A stretch of 36,930 nt of DNA, from the UHGV virus genome UHGV-0464415. One strand, given 5' to 3'. Below are positions 8,106 through 17,605 of this stretch, piece by piece; position 1 is the first letter of the stretch; each line of letters opens with the position of its first letter. The notes under the pieces are model-generated. The model did no database searches, was not told the origin of the DNA, and saw nothing but the letters and a program-made list of their open reading frames with translations. The position numbers and the translations under genes were made by a program. Source of the DNA: a virus.

Positions 8106-8317
8106 TTATGTATGATGAGCAGAACATAAACGCAATGGGTACCATTTTACAGAAGATAAAGGTTGAGGGGGTGAATCAGGCCAGGATGCTTGTCATGCTG
8201 GACGAATTACTGAAGACGGGCGAACAGAAGGAGGAGGAGCAGGAACAGCTGGAGAGGAAAACAGAGGAAGAAAAGGAAATAAAGCCGGAGGACCAGAAAA
8301 AGAAGGAGGGGAAATAG
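8102..8317 (+). CDS. Small protein with a highly charged (E/K-rich) tail, 71 aa.
   Basis: ATGA overlap with the upstream stop. Low-complexity EEEQEQLERKTEEEKEIKPEDQKKKEGK. Confidence 0.35.
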   Translation: MIMYDEQNINAMGTILQKIKVEGVNQARMLVMLDELLKTGEQKEEEQEQLERKTEEEKEIKPEDQKKKEGK

Positions 8318-8318
8318 A

Positions 8319-9557
8319 ATGGCAATAGGAAGCATTGTAGACTATTTGAGGGGACAGGGAAAGGATAGTTCCTACAATAACCGCAAAAAACTTGCGGAGC
8401 AGTATGGAATAAACAATTATTCCGGCACTGCCAGCCAAAACACGAACCTGCTTAAGGCCATGCAGGGAGGAGGACAGGGAAGCCCAGGTGCTTCCCAACC
8501 AAATACCAACGTGGCGAATGGAAATAATGTGACCATAAACCCAGTATCCAGTTCCTCGCCCGGCAGCCCGGCGGCAAGCTATCTTACCGGATATAAGTAT
8601 AATAAATATAAGCCGTCCCAAAAAGTAAATGATTATGCGGATCGGTTGGATGAACTTGAAAATAATAAGCCGGGTGATTACCAGAGCAAATATAATAGCC
8701 AGATTGACAGTATCATAGACAGTATCCTGAACCGGCCCAATTTTGACCAGAACAGTGTGTATGACACGGACCTGTATAAAAACTACCGTGAGCAGTACAT
8801 GCAGCAAGGCAACAAGGCCATGCGGGACACCATAGGAAACATATCGGGCATGACCGGGGGATACGGATCCACATATGCCACAGCCGCAGGTCAGCAGGCA
8901 TATGATAACCATATCAGCCAGCTAGGGGACAAGACACTTGATATATACGATAGGGTGTATCAACAGTATCTCAATGAGGGCCAGGAACTGTATAACCAGC
9001 TTGGTATGGTCAACAACCAGGATAACATAGATTATGGGCGTTATCGGGACACGGTCAGCGATTATTATAATGACCTTAACTATTATGCCGGAAGATATGA
9101 TAGCTCCTACGCCCAGGACTTCGGGGAATACCAGTACAACCAGGACGCAATGAGATGGGCAGAGGAATATGCATATCAGAAGACCCAGGATGCGCTTGCA
9201 CAGCAGAACTGGCAGACACAGTTTGATTATCAGAAGGAGCAGGATGCATTGCAGTATGCGCTTCAGCAGCAGAGGGCCGCAGGCGGAGGAAAATCAAAAT
9301 CTGGTTCAGGTGGAAGTGTGGGGAAGTTAAGCGAATCAGAAGCTGAACAGTATCTTGATATAATCCGAAGTAGCAAAGGTGTTGCGGCAGCAAACAAAGA
9401 ATATAAATATCTTATAGAAAATGGGCTTTTGGAAAACAATGTAATGTCACCATCCGCAGTTGAGGCTGCCAGAAGTTACAATACGCCCAATCTGGGATAT
9501 AAATATTCAGATGAGAACAAACTGAAATACGCTATGAGCATGATGAACAGAAAGTGA
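8319..9557 (+). CDS. Q/N/Y-rich low-complexity protein, 412 aa, with an N-terminal ~45-aa module resembling cell-wall-binding (CW_7-like) motifs.
   Basis: RBS GGAGGGGAAATAGA then ATG. N-term SIVDYLRGQGKDSSYNNRKKLAEQYGINNYSGTASQNTNLLKAM. Long Q/N/Y/D-rich region (…YNQDAMRWAEEYAYQKTQDALAQQNWQTQFDYQKEQDALQYALQQQ…). Confidence 0.5.
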   Translation: MAIGSIVDYLRGQGKDSSYNNRKKLAEQYGINNYSGTASQNTNLLKAMQGGGQGSPGASQPNTNVANGNNVTINPVSSSSPGSPAASYLTGYKYNKYKPSQKVNDYADRLDELENNKPGDYQSKYNSQIDSIIDSILNRPNFDQNSVYDTDLYKNYREQYMQQGNKAMRDTIGNISGMTGGYGSTYATAAGQQAYDNHISQLGDKTLDIYDRVYQQYLNEGQELYNQLGMVNNQDNIDYGRYRDTVSDYYNDLNYYAGRYDSSYAQDFGEYQYNQDAMRWAEEYAYQKTQDALAQQNWQTQFDYQKEQDALQYALQQQRAAGGGKSKSGSGGSVGKLSESEAEQYLDIIRSSKGVAAANKEYKYLIENGLLENNVMSPSAVEAARSYNTPNLGYKYSDENKLKYAMSMMNRK

Positions 9558-9561
9558 GGAT

Positions 9562-12500
9562 GTGTATATGGCATTATCACCAAGGGTAAAAACTTTGTTG
9601 CATGAAAGGGGAATTGCCGGATACGAGGATATAAGCGGAGAAGATACGGCACCACAGCGTCAGATATCCTCAAACGTGCAAGGAATGCTTGAAAAGCGGA
9701 AAAAGCAGATTGCCGGATATGATAAGGTAAAAACCAAAAAGACGGATAAACGGCAATATTCCATCTATGGGAACGATGAGAAAACACTGTACAGAAGCCA
9801 TTTAGCCCAGATGGCAGAGGATTATGCCAGAGAACGTATCAAGAAACATGAAGCAGATGTGAACAATACAGTGCAGGATTCACATTCCATGTCACAGACG
9901 GATTTTTTCAGGGCAGACAGGGAAAATGCCAGAAAGATGGCAAGGGATAAAAAATTCGCGGAGTGGAGGAATGACCAGACGGTTGAACCGGAAAGGGATA
10001 TAAGCCTCAATAACCTGCTTGAATCGGCCAGCAGTGAACAGCTTTCACAGATGGGAAGGTCTGTGAAGGAAGCCGGCAACAAAAGGGAGAAGGAAATCCA
10101 TGAGGCGGCAAAGCATGGTTTCACGTTACCTCCATTCGCAGAGCCGATATCCTATGATGATATTGAGCAGATGCATGATTATGATACGATGATAGCGAAA
10201 GCGAAGGAGGATGGGGACCCACTTGCACCGCGGGGATTTTTTGGTAAACAGCTTTTCGAGGATGATGAGGTTGTCAAATACACAAACGGATTTGACGCAT
10301 CGAATAATAAGCTTAGAAGGAATGCTTTGTTAAATGACCAGGAAAGGAACCGATATTATTATCTCTATGAGAAAAAGGGAAAGGAAACAGCAGACCTATA
10401 CCTGGAGTCACTTCAGAACGAAATAAATTATAGAGGGGCAGCAGAGGAATACGCGGCAAACAGAAGTCTTCCTGGAGTTGTGAGGATTCCTAACGATATG
10501 ATTCAATCCTTCGAGGGTGGGGCAAAAAGCGCGATAGAAGGATTAAAGGCATTGCCAGATGCGTTTATGGGAAAAGAAAGGGATTACACCACGAAAGAGC
10601 ATGAATACTACCAAAGCATGCTGCTGAATGATGCATCCGGCCCTGAAAACTGGGCATATAAAGCATCGAACGCACTCGGGAACATGGCTCCATCTGCGAT
10701 GGCGGCATATGCAACGGCAGGCGCGAGTCTGGGAGCCGGAGCAACAGGAAATGCGGCAGGGATAGGAGGAAAACTTGCAGGTTTCCTGGGGAAAGGATTA
10801 ACAGTGGCAGGCACTGAAATGGCAGCCCAGACGGCAGGACAGACATATCGACAGGACATCATGGAAGGCCGACCAGTAAAAGGAGCACAGATAAATGCAG
10901 CCCTGACTGCGGCAGATGAAATGGTAACAAACTGGCTCTTAGGAGGAATCGGATATCTGGGAGGCGGAGTGGTAAAGAAAGCCCTTGGAAATAGCCGGGT
11001 TGCACAGGCAGCTAAACAGGGAGTATCCAACGCCCTGGCAAAGAATCCAGCTGTAAAACGTGCCGTCCTGGGAGCGGCAGGATATGGAGCCGATATGCTC
11101 TCAGAAGGGACCCAGGAGGCCACACAGGACCTCACAGAATCCTTGAGGAAGCATTTCATCTATGGTGATGAACTGGATTTGGCCGGGGACTTGAAGGATC
11201 CGCAGACATGGGAAGATTTTGCTTTGGGAGCAATTACAGCCGGAGTGATGAATGCACCTGGTGCAATCGCGAACAATGTTGCCATGAATGATTATGGAAA
11301 GAGCCTGGATGTAGATTATCGTGATTATGCGCAAGGATTAGACATATCACCAGAAAGCTATGCCAATGAGTCAGACTACCAGGAGGCAGTTAACCTTATG
11401 GAACTGGCAGAGGAGTACGCTGCAAGGCAGGCGAATAAGGAGTATATATCGAATAGGGACAAGGCAGAATATGACCTCAGATTACAGCAGCTTCAGCAGA
11501 GTGTATTAGAGAATAATGCCAGTGAAACAACGGATATAACCTCACAGAATGAACAGCAGGACGGGAGTGGATACAAAGCCGAACAATACCAGCCTGAGCA
11601 TGAAAAGGCAGAATATGAGCCTTATACGAGGTCGGAACCGCAGACAGAAATCCACGATAAAATGGATGATCTCACTGGACCGCAGGTGCAGTATACGGAA
11701 GGGGAACTGGATGCCTGGGCAGAGGTGTACGGAAAAGAAGGACAGCAGGCTTTTAAGACCGCGTATGACAATGAAACTGATTTACCAAGCTATTACCGGG
11801 CATTCGCACAGGCATATAATGCAGGACGGTATAACATGGAGCCAAAAGGGCCAGGCAGGGCAGAGGCTGCAATCATCCTGTCACCGGAGCAATTTGCACA
11901 GGCATATAAAGCCGGTGCGCATGACCGCAATTCAGAGATTGGATATGATCCGGAAACATATGAGATGCGTGGGATGGTACAGGGAGCGCCAAAGGAAGGC
12001 GGGCTGGGGACTGTCTCTGAAAACGCCTCAGATGCGCAGAAGAAGGTTGCAAGCCACATAGGAAAGATTACAGGATTGCAGATTAACTTGGTGGATGAAA
12101 TGCCAGGAGGTGCTGTGGCGTCCTATGAGAAAGGACGTATCACCATATCTGTAAATTCAAACGATTTCAACGGCTCAGTATCCCATGAACTGACGCATTT
12201 TATTAAGGAATATGCATCAGATGCGTATCAGATATATCAGGATAAATGCATAAAGGCCATGACAGAATCTGAGGGCGTGGATATTGAGGATATGGTATCC
12301 AGCTACATAGCGGCGTATGAGAAGGAAGGGCAGAAACTGAGCCGCACAGAGGCCATGGATGAAATTGCCGCAGATGCAACCCAAAAGTTTCTGAATGATC
12401 CGGATTTCATAAATAGTGTGGTACACGATGATGTAAACCTGGCTCAGAAGGTAATTGATTTCTTTACAGACGTGATAGAGGCCATTAAGGAACTCATACA

Positions 12501-15500
12501 GACCGGAAGCACCAGGAAAGCGGCAAAGGGTTTGGAAGAAAATCTGGAGTACTTTGAAGAATGCCGAAAAACCTGGCTGGCAGGTATTGATGAGGCTGGA
12601 GAACGGTATAAATCAGGAATGGAACTGGAGGGTGAGGGAAAAAGTAAGTATGTCCTCGAAAATCCGGACCAGGTAACCGACCAGAAGATTGAAGAAAATT
12701 ATGGTATCGTAGTGGATATGGAGCCAGTAATCAGCCTTAAAGGAAATGAGTTTATGAAAGGGGATAAGAATTTAGGCCAGCAGGTAAGGGAATATTTCGA
12801 TTCCTTCGGGAACCTGGTCCATAATGATGTAGTCGGGGATATCATTATAAACAACCGCTCATTCAAGGATGATTCAGCCCATGGGTTGGGCCGCCTGAAA
12901 TCCATGACATTCAAGTCGGTACCGGAGGTATTAAAAAATGGGAAGGTATTGAACTATTCAAAAAACTGGAAGGAAAGAGGTTATGATTCGGCGGTAATAG
13001 GTGCAAAGATAAACATAGAATCAGGGGAATACAAAGGGGATTATTACGAATTGTGTGTTGTGAAAGTAGATGAAAGCAATCGAATGTACCTTCACGAAGT
13101 CCATACAACAAAGATGGATGAAGCTTCGTTCAAGACCGGGGCCACCAAAACTGGGGGCTTGCCCGGCGAAGCTAATCATCCATCTGTCTATAGTATATTT
13201 GATAGGCTGTTAAATGTCAAGGATGGACAGGACCGCAATAACCTCAAATATCAGTTGGAAGATGTGGATGAGTCCGTAACGAAAAGACGGCTGGATGCCA
13301 TGATATATGAAAACCAGATGTTAAAAGAAGCTAAAAAGTTGCTGGAAAAACAGTTTGAACTCACATCCAAGAGTGCGGTGAGGCAAGAGGATGTAGGAAA
13401 AGTAGCAAGAAAGTTGTTGAAGGATTATAACAGTACCTATAAACAGGAAACCCTACATAAGAACCTTGATAGACTGTATGAGTACATCAGAAGCGCAGAA
13501 CAGGTGGACGGGATGGAAGTAACCGAAGCGGCAACGAACATTGCCAAAAGCATCCTGAAGAAATCACAGCAGGTCGATACGGAACTGACCCAGCAATATA
13601 AAGACCTGAGGAATCAGATAAAGAATACCAAGATTAAGATTTCGGACCAGGACAAAGCGGACCTTGCAGCAGTTGGCGGCTACAATGAATTTCGGAAACG
13701 TAATTTTGGACGTATGAAGCTGGGAAGTGAAGGTATATCCATAGACAGCCTATATCAGGAATTAAGCGGACAGCACCCGGAACTGTTTCCTGATTCGATA
13801 ACCCATCCGGCAGACCAGTTACAGACAATTGCATCCGCACTTGAGCAGACCGATGCACAAGTTAATAATCCGTATCACGCCAACATGGACGAGATGGCTT
13901 ACATTGTAGGCCAGGATATACTACAGTCATATTTTGATGTACGGAGCGAGAAGCCGACATTTGCGGACCGTAAGGCGGCAGAGGTACAACGGGTAAAGCG
14001 GACGTATACGCAGAAAATGTCGGAGTATAAGAGCAGCATAAAGCAGAAATATGAACAGCAGCTGAAAACGATTCGGAAAAAAAACATAGATAAGATCCAG
14101 GAATTGGCAAAATCATATAGGAATCTGTCAGAGGCCCAGCAGAGGGAGCAGAAGGATTACTATAAATCAAAAATGGATGCGCTCAGAAATGAAAAAAACC
14201 AGAAGATGGCAGCCATGCAAAGCAGAAACCGTGAACAGATACAGAAGGCACGTGAAAACCAGATAACCAGGGAGGCAAAAAAGGTCATCATAAAAGAGTC
14301 TAAGACAATGCAGAACTGGCTCTTAAAGCCAACAGATTCCAAGCATGTACCGGAAATACTGAGGACCACGGTTGCACAATTCCTGACCAATATTGATTTC
14401 TCTTCCAATGAATTGAACAATAATGGGATCCCAACACAAAGAACGATTGAATGGGGGAAGGCCAAGGATGCGTTCAAGAAAATCATAGACAGCGGTGGAA
14501 TTATGGAAGATGGGAGTTTCATAGAAATTGACCCGGATTTAGCAGTCCGGATAGAAGGGCTGGTAAATAAAACAGAAGGGATTGATAAGCTGGATAACCT
14601 GGATGCCTACCACATGGAAGAATTGAAGAAAGTCGTACTGTCCATGAAGAAAGCAATCACGGAGGCCAATACCTTAAAGAGCAACAAACGTTCCGGGCAG
14701 CTTAGCATACTTGCTGATAGAATATTCAAGGGTATGGAGGACAGTAGGAATAGACCGGAATACCAGGGCCTGATTGGACCGGCGGACAGACTGCTGAATT
14801 ACAACATGCTGGACCCACAGACCATGTTCGGCCTGCTGGGGGATGATTTTGAGTCCCTCTATGATGCACTCCGTGAGGGGCTGGATAAGAAAACAACCAA
14901 ACTTAAAACAGCCCAGGACCATATAAAAGGAATACTGAAGGAAAACAGCATATCATATAAGCAGATCCGGGAATGGACCGGACCGGATGCAAAGACATCC
15001 AGGTATCAGACATCAGGAGGAACAATTGAACTTACCATATCCCAAGTGATGTCGCTGTACGAACTGAATAAACGGAACCAGGCAAGGAACCATATGTATG
15101 AGCGTACAGGAGGGGTCATCCCGGCTCCGAGGACAGGGAAGCTGCGGATTGAAGATGGAAAGATGATCCTGCCGAAGACAGAAAAGGCTTATCGGGAAAC
15201 GAAAGTGACACCAGAGGATATCGAAAGAATCACCAGCACCCTGACACCGGAACAGAAAGCACTGGCGGACGGTATGCAGAAGTTCATGGGAGATGAATGC
15301 GCTGCCTGGGGGAATGAAGTCAGTATGCAGATGTATGGGTATCTGAAATATACTGCGGGGAATTATTATCCGATTACAGTATACGATAACCATATCCGAA
15401 CGAAACAGGGAGACTTAAAGAACCAGCAGAGGACCATTAAGGACCTTGGATTCACGAAAAGTACCGTGGAAAAAGCAAATAAGCCCATCGTGATTGAGGA

Positions 15501-17550
15501 TATATTCGATGTATATTCGAGGCAGGTAGACCAGATGAGCACCTACAATGCGTATGTGGTTCCCCTATCAGACCTTAATAAGGTATTCAACTATATGGAT
15601 ATGCGGGATGCGGCAGAAGGGAAGAGCATAAAGCAGGAGATTGAACGCACCCATGGAAAGGATGGGAACAGATACATTGATAAGCTGATTGCGGATATCA
15701 ACGGTAGCCTAAACACAGATCGGAATATCTGGGATAAACTTTCCCAAAACATGAAGGTTGCATCGGTCGGAGCGAATCTGAGGGTAGCCCTCCAGCAGCC
15801 AACAGCTTATATAAGGGCAACAATGGAGATGGACCCGAAGTATCTGGGTAGGGGAGCACTTACAATGACCAGAAAGGACCAATGGGACATCATGTGCAGG
15901 TATGCACCAATCACACAGTGGAAAGACTGGGGATTCTACCGGATGGACAACAGCCGCCAGATGAAGGATGTAATGTTCCAGACAGACAGCACGATGCAGA
16001 GGATTAATAATATATCCATGATATTAGCTGAAAAAGGCGATAAACTTGCATGGAACCGGCTGTGGCGCGCATGTGAATTTGAGTGCATGGACAGGCACCC
16101 GGATTTGGAGGTAGGGACAGATGCGTTTTACACTGAGGTAGGAAGACGGTTCAGCGAAATCATTGATAAAACCCAGGTGGTGGATTCCGTGCTGCACAGG
16201 ACGCAGATCATGCGGAGTGAGCGGGATTCCGATAAGATGTTAACGGCATTCATGGCAGAACCCCTCAAAACCTACAACATGCTTTACAGGGCAGCCTCTG
16301 ATGTAGCCATGGGAAAGCGGGGGGCAAAGGGACGCATGGCAAAGGCGGTAACGGTATTTACAGCATCTGCCCTAGCAACAGCAGTAGCCGCAGCAATCCA
16401 GGATGCAATGCGTGATGATGACAGGGATAAGAAATGGATTGAAAAATACCTGTCCGCCGTAAAGGGAAACTTCATGGACAACATGAATCCGATAAACAGT
16501 ATTCCATACGCAAAAGACGCATATGCGGTATTCTTTGGCGGTTATACCCCAAACCGGCCAGATATTGCGGCATATCAGGAATTGGGATATGCATTGAACC
16601 GGGTGAGGAAACTTGTTAAAGGAGAAAGCAAGCTGACCCCGCAGGCAGTGGTATTAGATGTGATACAAAACACCAGTAAACTGATTGGATCCCCTGTAAA
16701 AAGCGGAACAAGAGATTTCAGAGCAATCGTGGATACGGTCATCAATGAGTTTGGGAGCGAATCTGCGGATTATGCTTGGCTGAAACGCAAATATGCCATA
16801 GGAAGCAAGGAGAACCTGAACCTATATGTGGGGATGATGATTGAAGCCCATAGGAACAACGATATGGAGTTGCAGCAGAGAATCAAGGATGACCTTAATG
16901 TAGCCAAGATTGACAATGATACAATCAGCAGCAAGATCAAATCCCTCATAAAGGGAGAACTTATATCGAAAGACCATGTAGACCCAAGGATTGATGCAGC
17001 CGCCCAGGCTAAGATGGAAATGGATTTGGATACCTATGAATCTGCGATTGATGAGTTAATGGCAGAGGGATACGCAGGAAAATTAATTGGCTCCGCCATA
17101 GAGTCCAGGATGACACAGCTTAGTACTGGTGAGGATATTGACTGGGAGGCAGAGGCTGCTTTGGAACCGGACGAACTTTATGGAGAGATTTTAACCGGGG
17201 AGACAGAAGACGGTGAGGAAGAGTGGAATATGTATTCCTATGGTGATGTCATAAATGCAATTGAATTATTTGATAGCACCCCAAAATCGTTAGAGACATT
17301 TAACAGGATATCAAAGTCTATTGTTGATAGTAAAGTTAAATCCGGAAAGAAGGAAAAGGATGTAATAGGAACACTTAAATCTGCCATTACAAGAAAATAT
17401 AAGGCTGAATGGATAGCGGCATATAAGAAGAGGGATAGAGCATCCTATGAGGCCATACAGAACAAGCTGAAAGTTTTGAAGGTGAATGGAAAAGCCTTAT
17501 ATAACAGTGAAGACTGGGGGAATTGGCTTAAGGATGCAAAAAAGGCTTAA
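9562..17550 (+). CDS. Giant 2662-aa virion-associated protein: candidate ejection, internal-core or polyvalent protein. Has a zincin HExxH motif, Gly/Ala-rich amphipathic segments and long charged coiled-coil regions.
   Basis: Single uninterrupted ORF with an RBS. HELTH at ~aa 868 (GRITISVNSNDFNGSVSHELTHFIKEY) with a downstream Glu (EIAADATQKF). G/A-rich block at aa 370-520 (AGASLGAGATGNAAGIGGKLAGFLGKG...LLGGIGYLGGGVVKKALG). No Walker motif seen. Confidence 0.65.
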   Translation: MYMALSPRVKTLLHERGIAGYEDISGEDTAPQRQISSNVQGMLEKRKKQIAGYDKVKTKKTDKRQYSIYGNDEKTLYRSHLAQMAEDYARERIKKHEADVNNTVQDSHSMSQTDFFRADRENARKMARDKKFAEWRNDQTVEPERDISLNNLLESASSEQLSQMGRSVKEAGNKREKEIHEAAKHGFTLPPFAEPISYDDIEQMHDYDTMIAKAKEDGDPLAPRGFFGKQLFEDDEVVKYTNGFDASNNKLRRNALLNDQERNRYYYLYEKKGKETADLYLESLQNEINYRGAAEEYAANRSLPGVVRIPNDMIQSFEGGAKSAIEGLKALPDAFMGKERDYTTKEHEYYQSMLLNDASGPENWAYKASNALGNMAPSAMAAYATAGASLGAGATGNAAGIGGKLAGFLGKGLTVAGTEMAAQTAGQTYRQDIMEGRPVKGAQINAALTAADEMVTNWLLGGIGYLGGGVVKKALGNSRVAQAAKQGVSNALAKNPAVKRAVLGAAGYGADMLSEGTQEATQDLTESLRKHFIYGDELDLAGDLKDPQTWEDFALGAITAGVMNAPGAIANNVAMNDYGKSLDVDYRDYAQGLDISPESYANESDYQEAVNLMELAEEYAARQANKEYISNRDKAEYDLRLQQLQQSVLENNASETTDITSQNEQQDGSGYKAEQYQPEHEKAEYEPYTRSEPQTEIHDKMDDLTGPQVQYTEGELDAWAEVYGKEGQQAFKTAYDNETDLPSYYRAFAQAYNAGRYNMEPKGPGRAEAAIILSPEQFAQAYKAGAHDRNSEIGYDPETYEMRGMVQGAPKEGGLGTVSENASDAQKKVASHIGKITGLQINLVDEMPGGAVASYEKGRITISVNSNDFNGSVSHELTHFIKEYASDAYQIYQDKCIKAMTESEGVDIEDMVSSYIAAYEKEGQKLSRTEAMDEIAADATQKFLNDPDFINSVVHDDVNLAQKVIDFFTDVIEAIKELIQTGSTRKAAKGLEENLEYFEECRKTWLAGIDEAGERYKSGMELEGEGKSKYVLENPDQVTDQKIEENYGIVVDMEPVISLKGNEFMKGDKNLGQQVREYFDSFGNLVHNDVVGDIIINNRSFKDDSAHGLGRLKSMTFKSVPEVLKNGKVLNYSKNWKERGYDSAVIGAKINIESGEYKGDYYELCVVKVDESNRMYLHEVHTTKMDEASFKTGATKTGGLPGEANHPSVYSIFDRLLNVKDGQDRNNLKYQLEDVDESVTKRRLDAMIYENQMLKEAKKLLEKQFELTSKSAVRQEDVGKVARKLLKDYNSTYKQETLHKNLDRLYEYIRSAEQVDGMEVTEAATNIAKSILKKSQQVDTELTQQYKDLRNQIKNTKIKISDQDKADLAAVGGYNEFRKRNFGRMKLGSEGISIDSLYQELSGQHPELFPDSITHPADQLQTIASALEQTDAQVNNPYHANMDEMAYIVGQDILQSYFDVRSEKPTFADRKAAEVQRVKRTYTQKMSEYKSSIKQKYEQQLKTIRKKNIDKIQELAKSYRNLSEAQQREQKDYYKSKMDALRNEKNQKMAAMQSRNREQIQKARENQITREAKKVIIKESKTMQNWLLKPTDSKHVPEILRTTVAQFLTNIDFSSNELNNNGIPTQRTIEWGKAKDAFKKIIDSGGIMEDGSFIEIDPDLAVRIEGLVNKTEGIDKLDNLDAYHMEELKKVVLSMKKAITEANTLKSNKRSGQLSILADRIFKGMEDSRNRPEYQGLIGPADRLLNYNMLDPQTMFGLLGDDFESLYDALREGLDKKTTKLKTAQDHIKGILKENSISYKQIREWTGPDAKTSRYQTSGGTIELTISQVMSLYELNKRNQARNHMYERTGGVIPAPRTGKLRIEDGKMILPKTEKAYRETKVTPEDIERITSTLTPEQKALADGMQKFMGDECAAWGNEVSMQMYGYLKYTAGNYYPITVYDNHIRTKQGDLKNQQRTIKDLGFTKSTVEKANKPIVIEDIFDVYSRQVDQMSTYNAYVVPLSDLNKVFNYMDMRDAAEGKSIKQEIERTHGKDGNRYIDKLIADINGSLNTDRNIWDKLSQNMKVASVGANLRVALQQPTAYIRATMEMDPKYLGRGALTMTRKDQWDIMCRYAPITQWKDWGFYRMDNSRQMKDVMFQTDSTMQRINNISMILAEKGDKLAWNRLWRACEFECMDRHPDLEVGTDAFYTEVGRRFSEIIDKTQVVDSVLHRTQIMRSERDSDKMLTAFMAEPLKTYNMLYRAASDVAMGKRGAKGRMAKAVTVFTASALATAVAAAIQDAMRDDDRDKKWIEKYLSAVKGNFMDNMNPINSIPYAKDAYAVFFGGYTPNRPDIAAYQELGYALNRVRKLVKGESKLTPQAVVLDVIQNTSKLIGSPVKSGTRDFRAIVDTVINEFGSESADYAWLKRKYAIGSKENLNLYVGMMIEAHRNNDMELQQRIKDDLNVAKIDNDTISSKIKSLIKGELISKDHVDPRIDAAAQAKMEMDLDTYESAIDELMAEGYAGKLIGSAIESRMTQLSTGEDIDWEAEAALEPDELYGEILTGETEDGEEEWNMYSYGDVINAIELFDSTPKSLETFNRISKSIVDSKVKSGKKEKDVIGTLKSAITRKYKAEWIAAYKKRDRASYEAIQNKLKVLKVNGKALYNSEDWGNWLKDAKKA

Positions 17551-17559
17551 CGTGATGAT

Positions 17560-17583
17560 GGCAGCAGAAATGCTGCCATTTAT
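17560..17583 (+). terminator. Rho-independent terminator candidate after the giant gene.
   Basis: GGCAGCA-GAAA-TGCTGCC hairpin (17560-17577) followed by ATTTAT. Confidence 0.5.
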
Positions 17584-17589
17584 CAATTG

Positions 17590-17601
17590 AAATAGCAATT
17601 T
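17590..17601 (+). repeat. Core 12-mer AAATAGCAATTT (site D), same orientation as the fibre copy. Lies just 3' of the cassette 2 stop codon.
   Basis: Exact match to 704-715. In the NSN reading frame it is immediately preceded by TGA. Confidence 0.6.
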
Positions 17602-17605
17602 TTAA

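Noticed and set aside
8193-8912. 239-aa minus-strand ORF
   Set aside because: Antisense to the Q/N-rich gene and the acidic small gene. No RBS.
10608-11159. 183-aa minus-strand ORF, and many other 60-150 aa minus-strand ORFs inside 9562..17550
   Set aside because: Antisense to the strongly coding giant + strand gene. The Ala/Pro-rich product is the typical mirror of G/A-rich sense codons.
9562-17550. Giant protein as a tape-measure protein
   Set aside because: G/A-rich segments and size could fit a tape-measure protein. However there are no tail tube, sheath, chaperone-frameshift or distal-tail genes, and the gene lies outside any tail-assembly context. The podovirus-type ejection or polyvalent protein interpretation is preferred, although a tape-measure role is not fully excluded.
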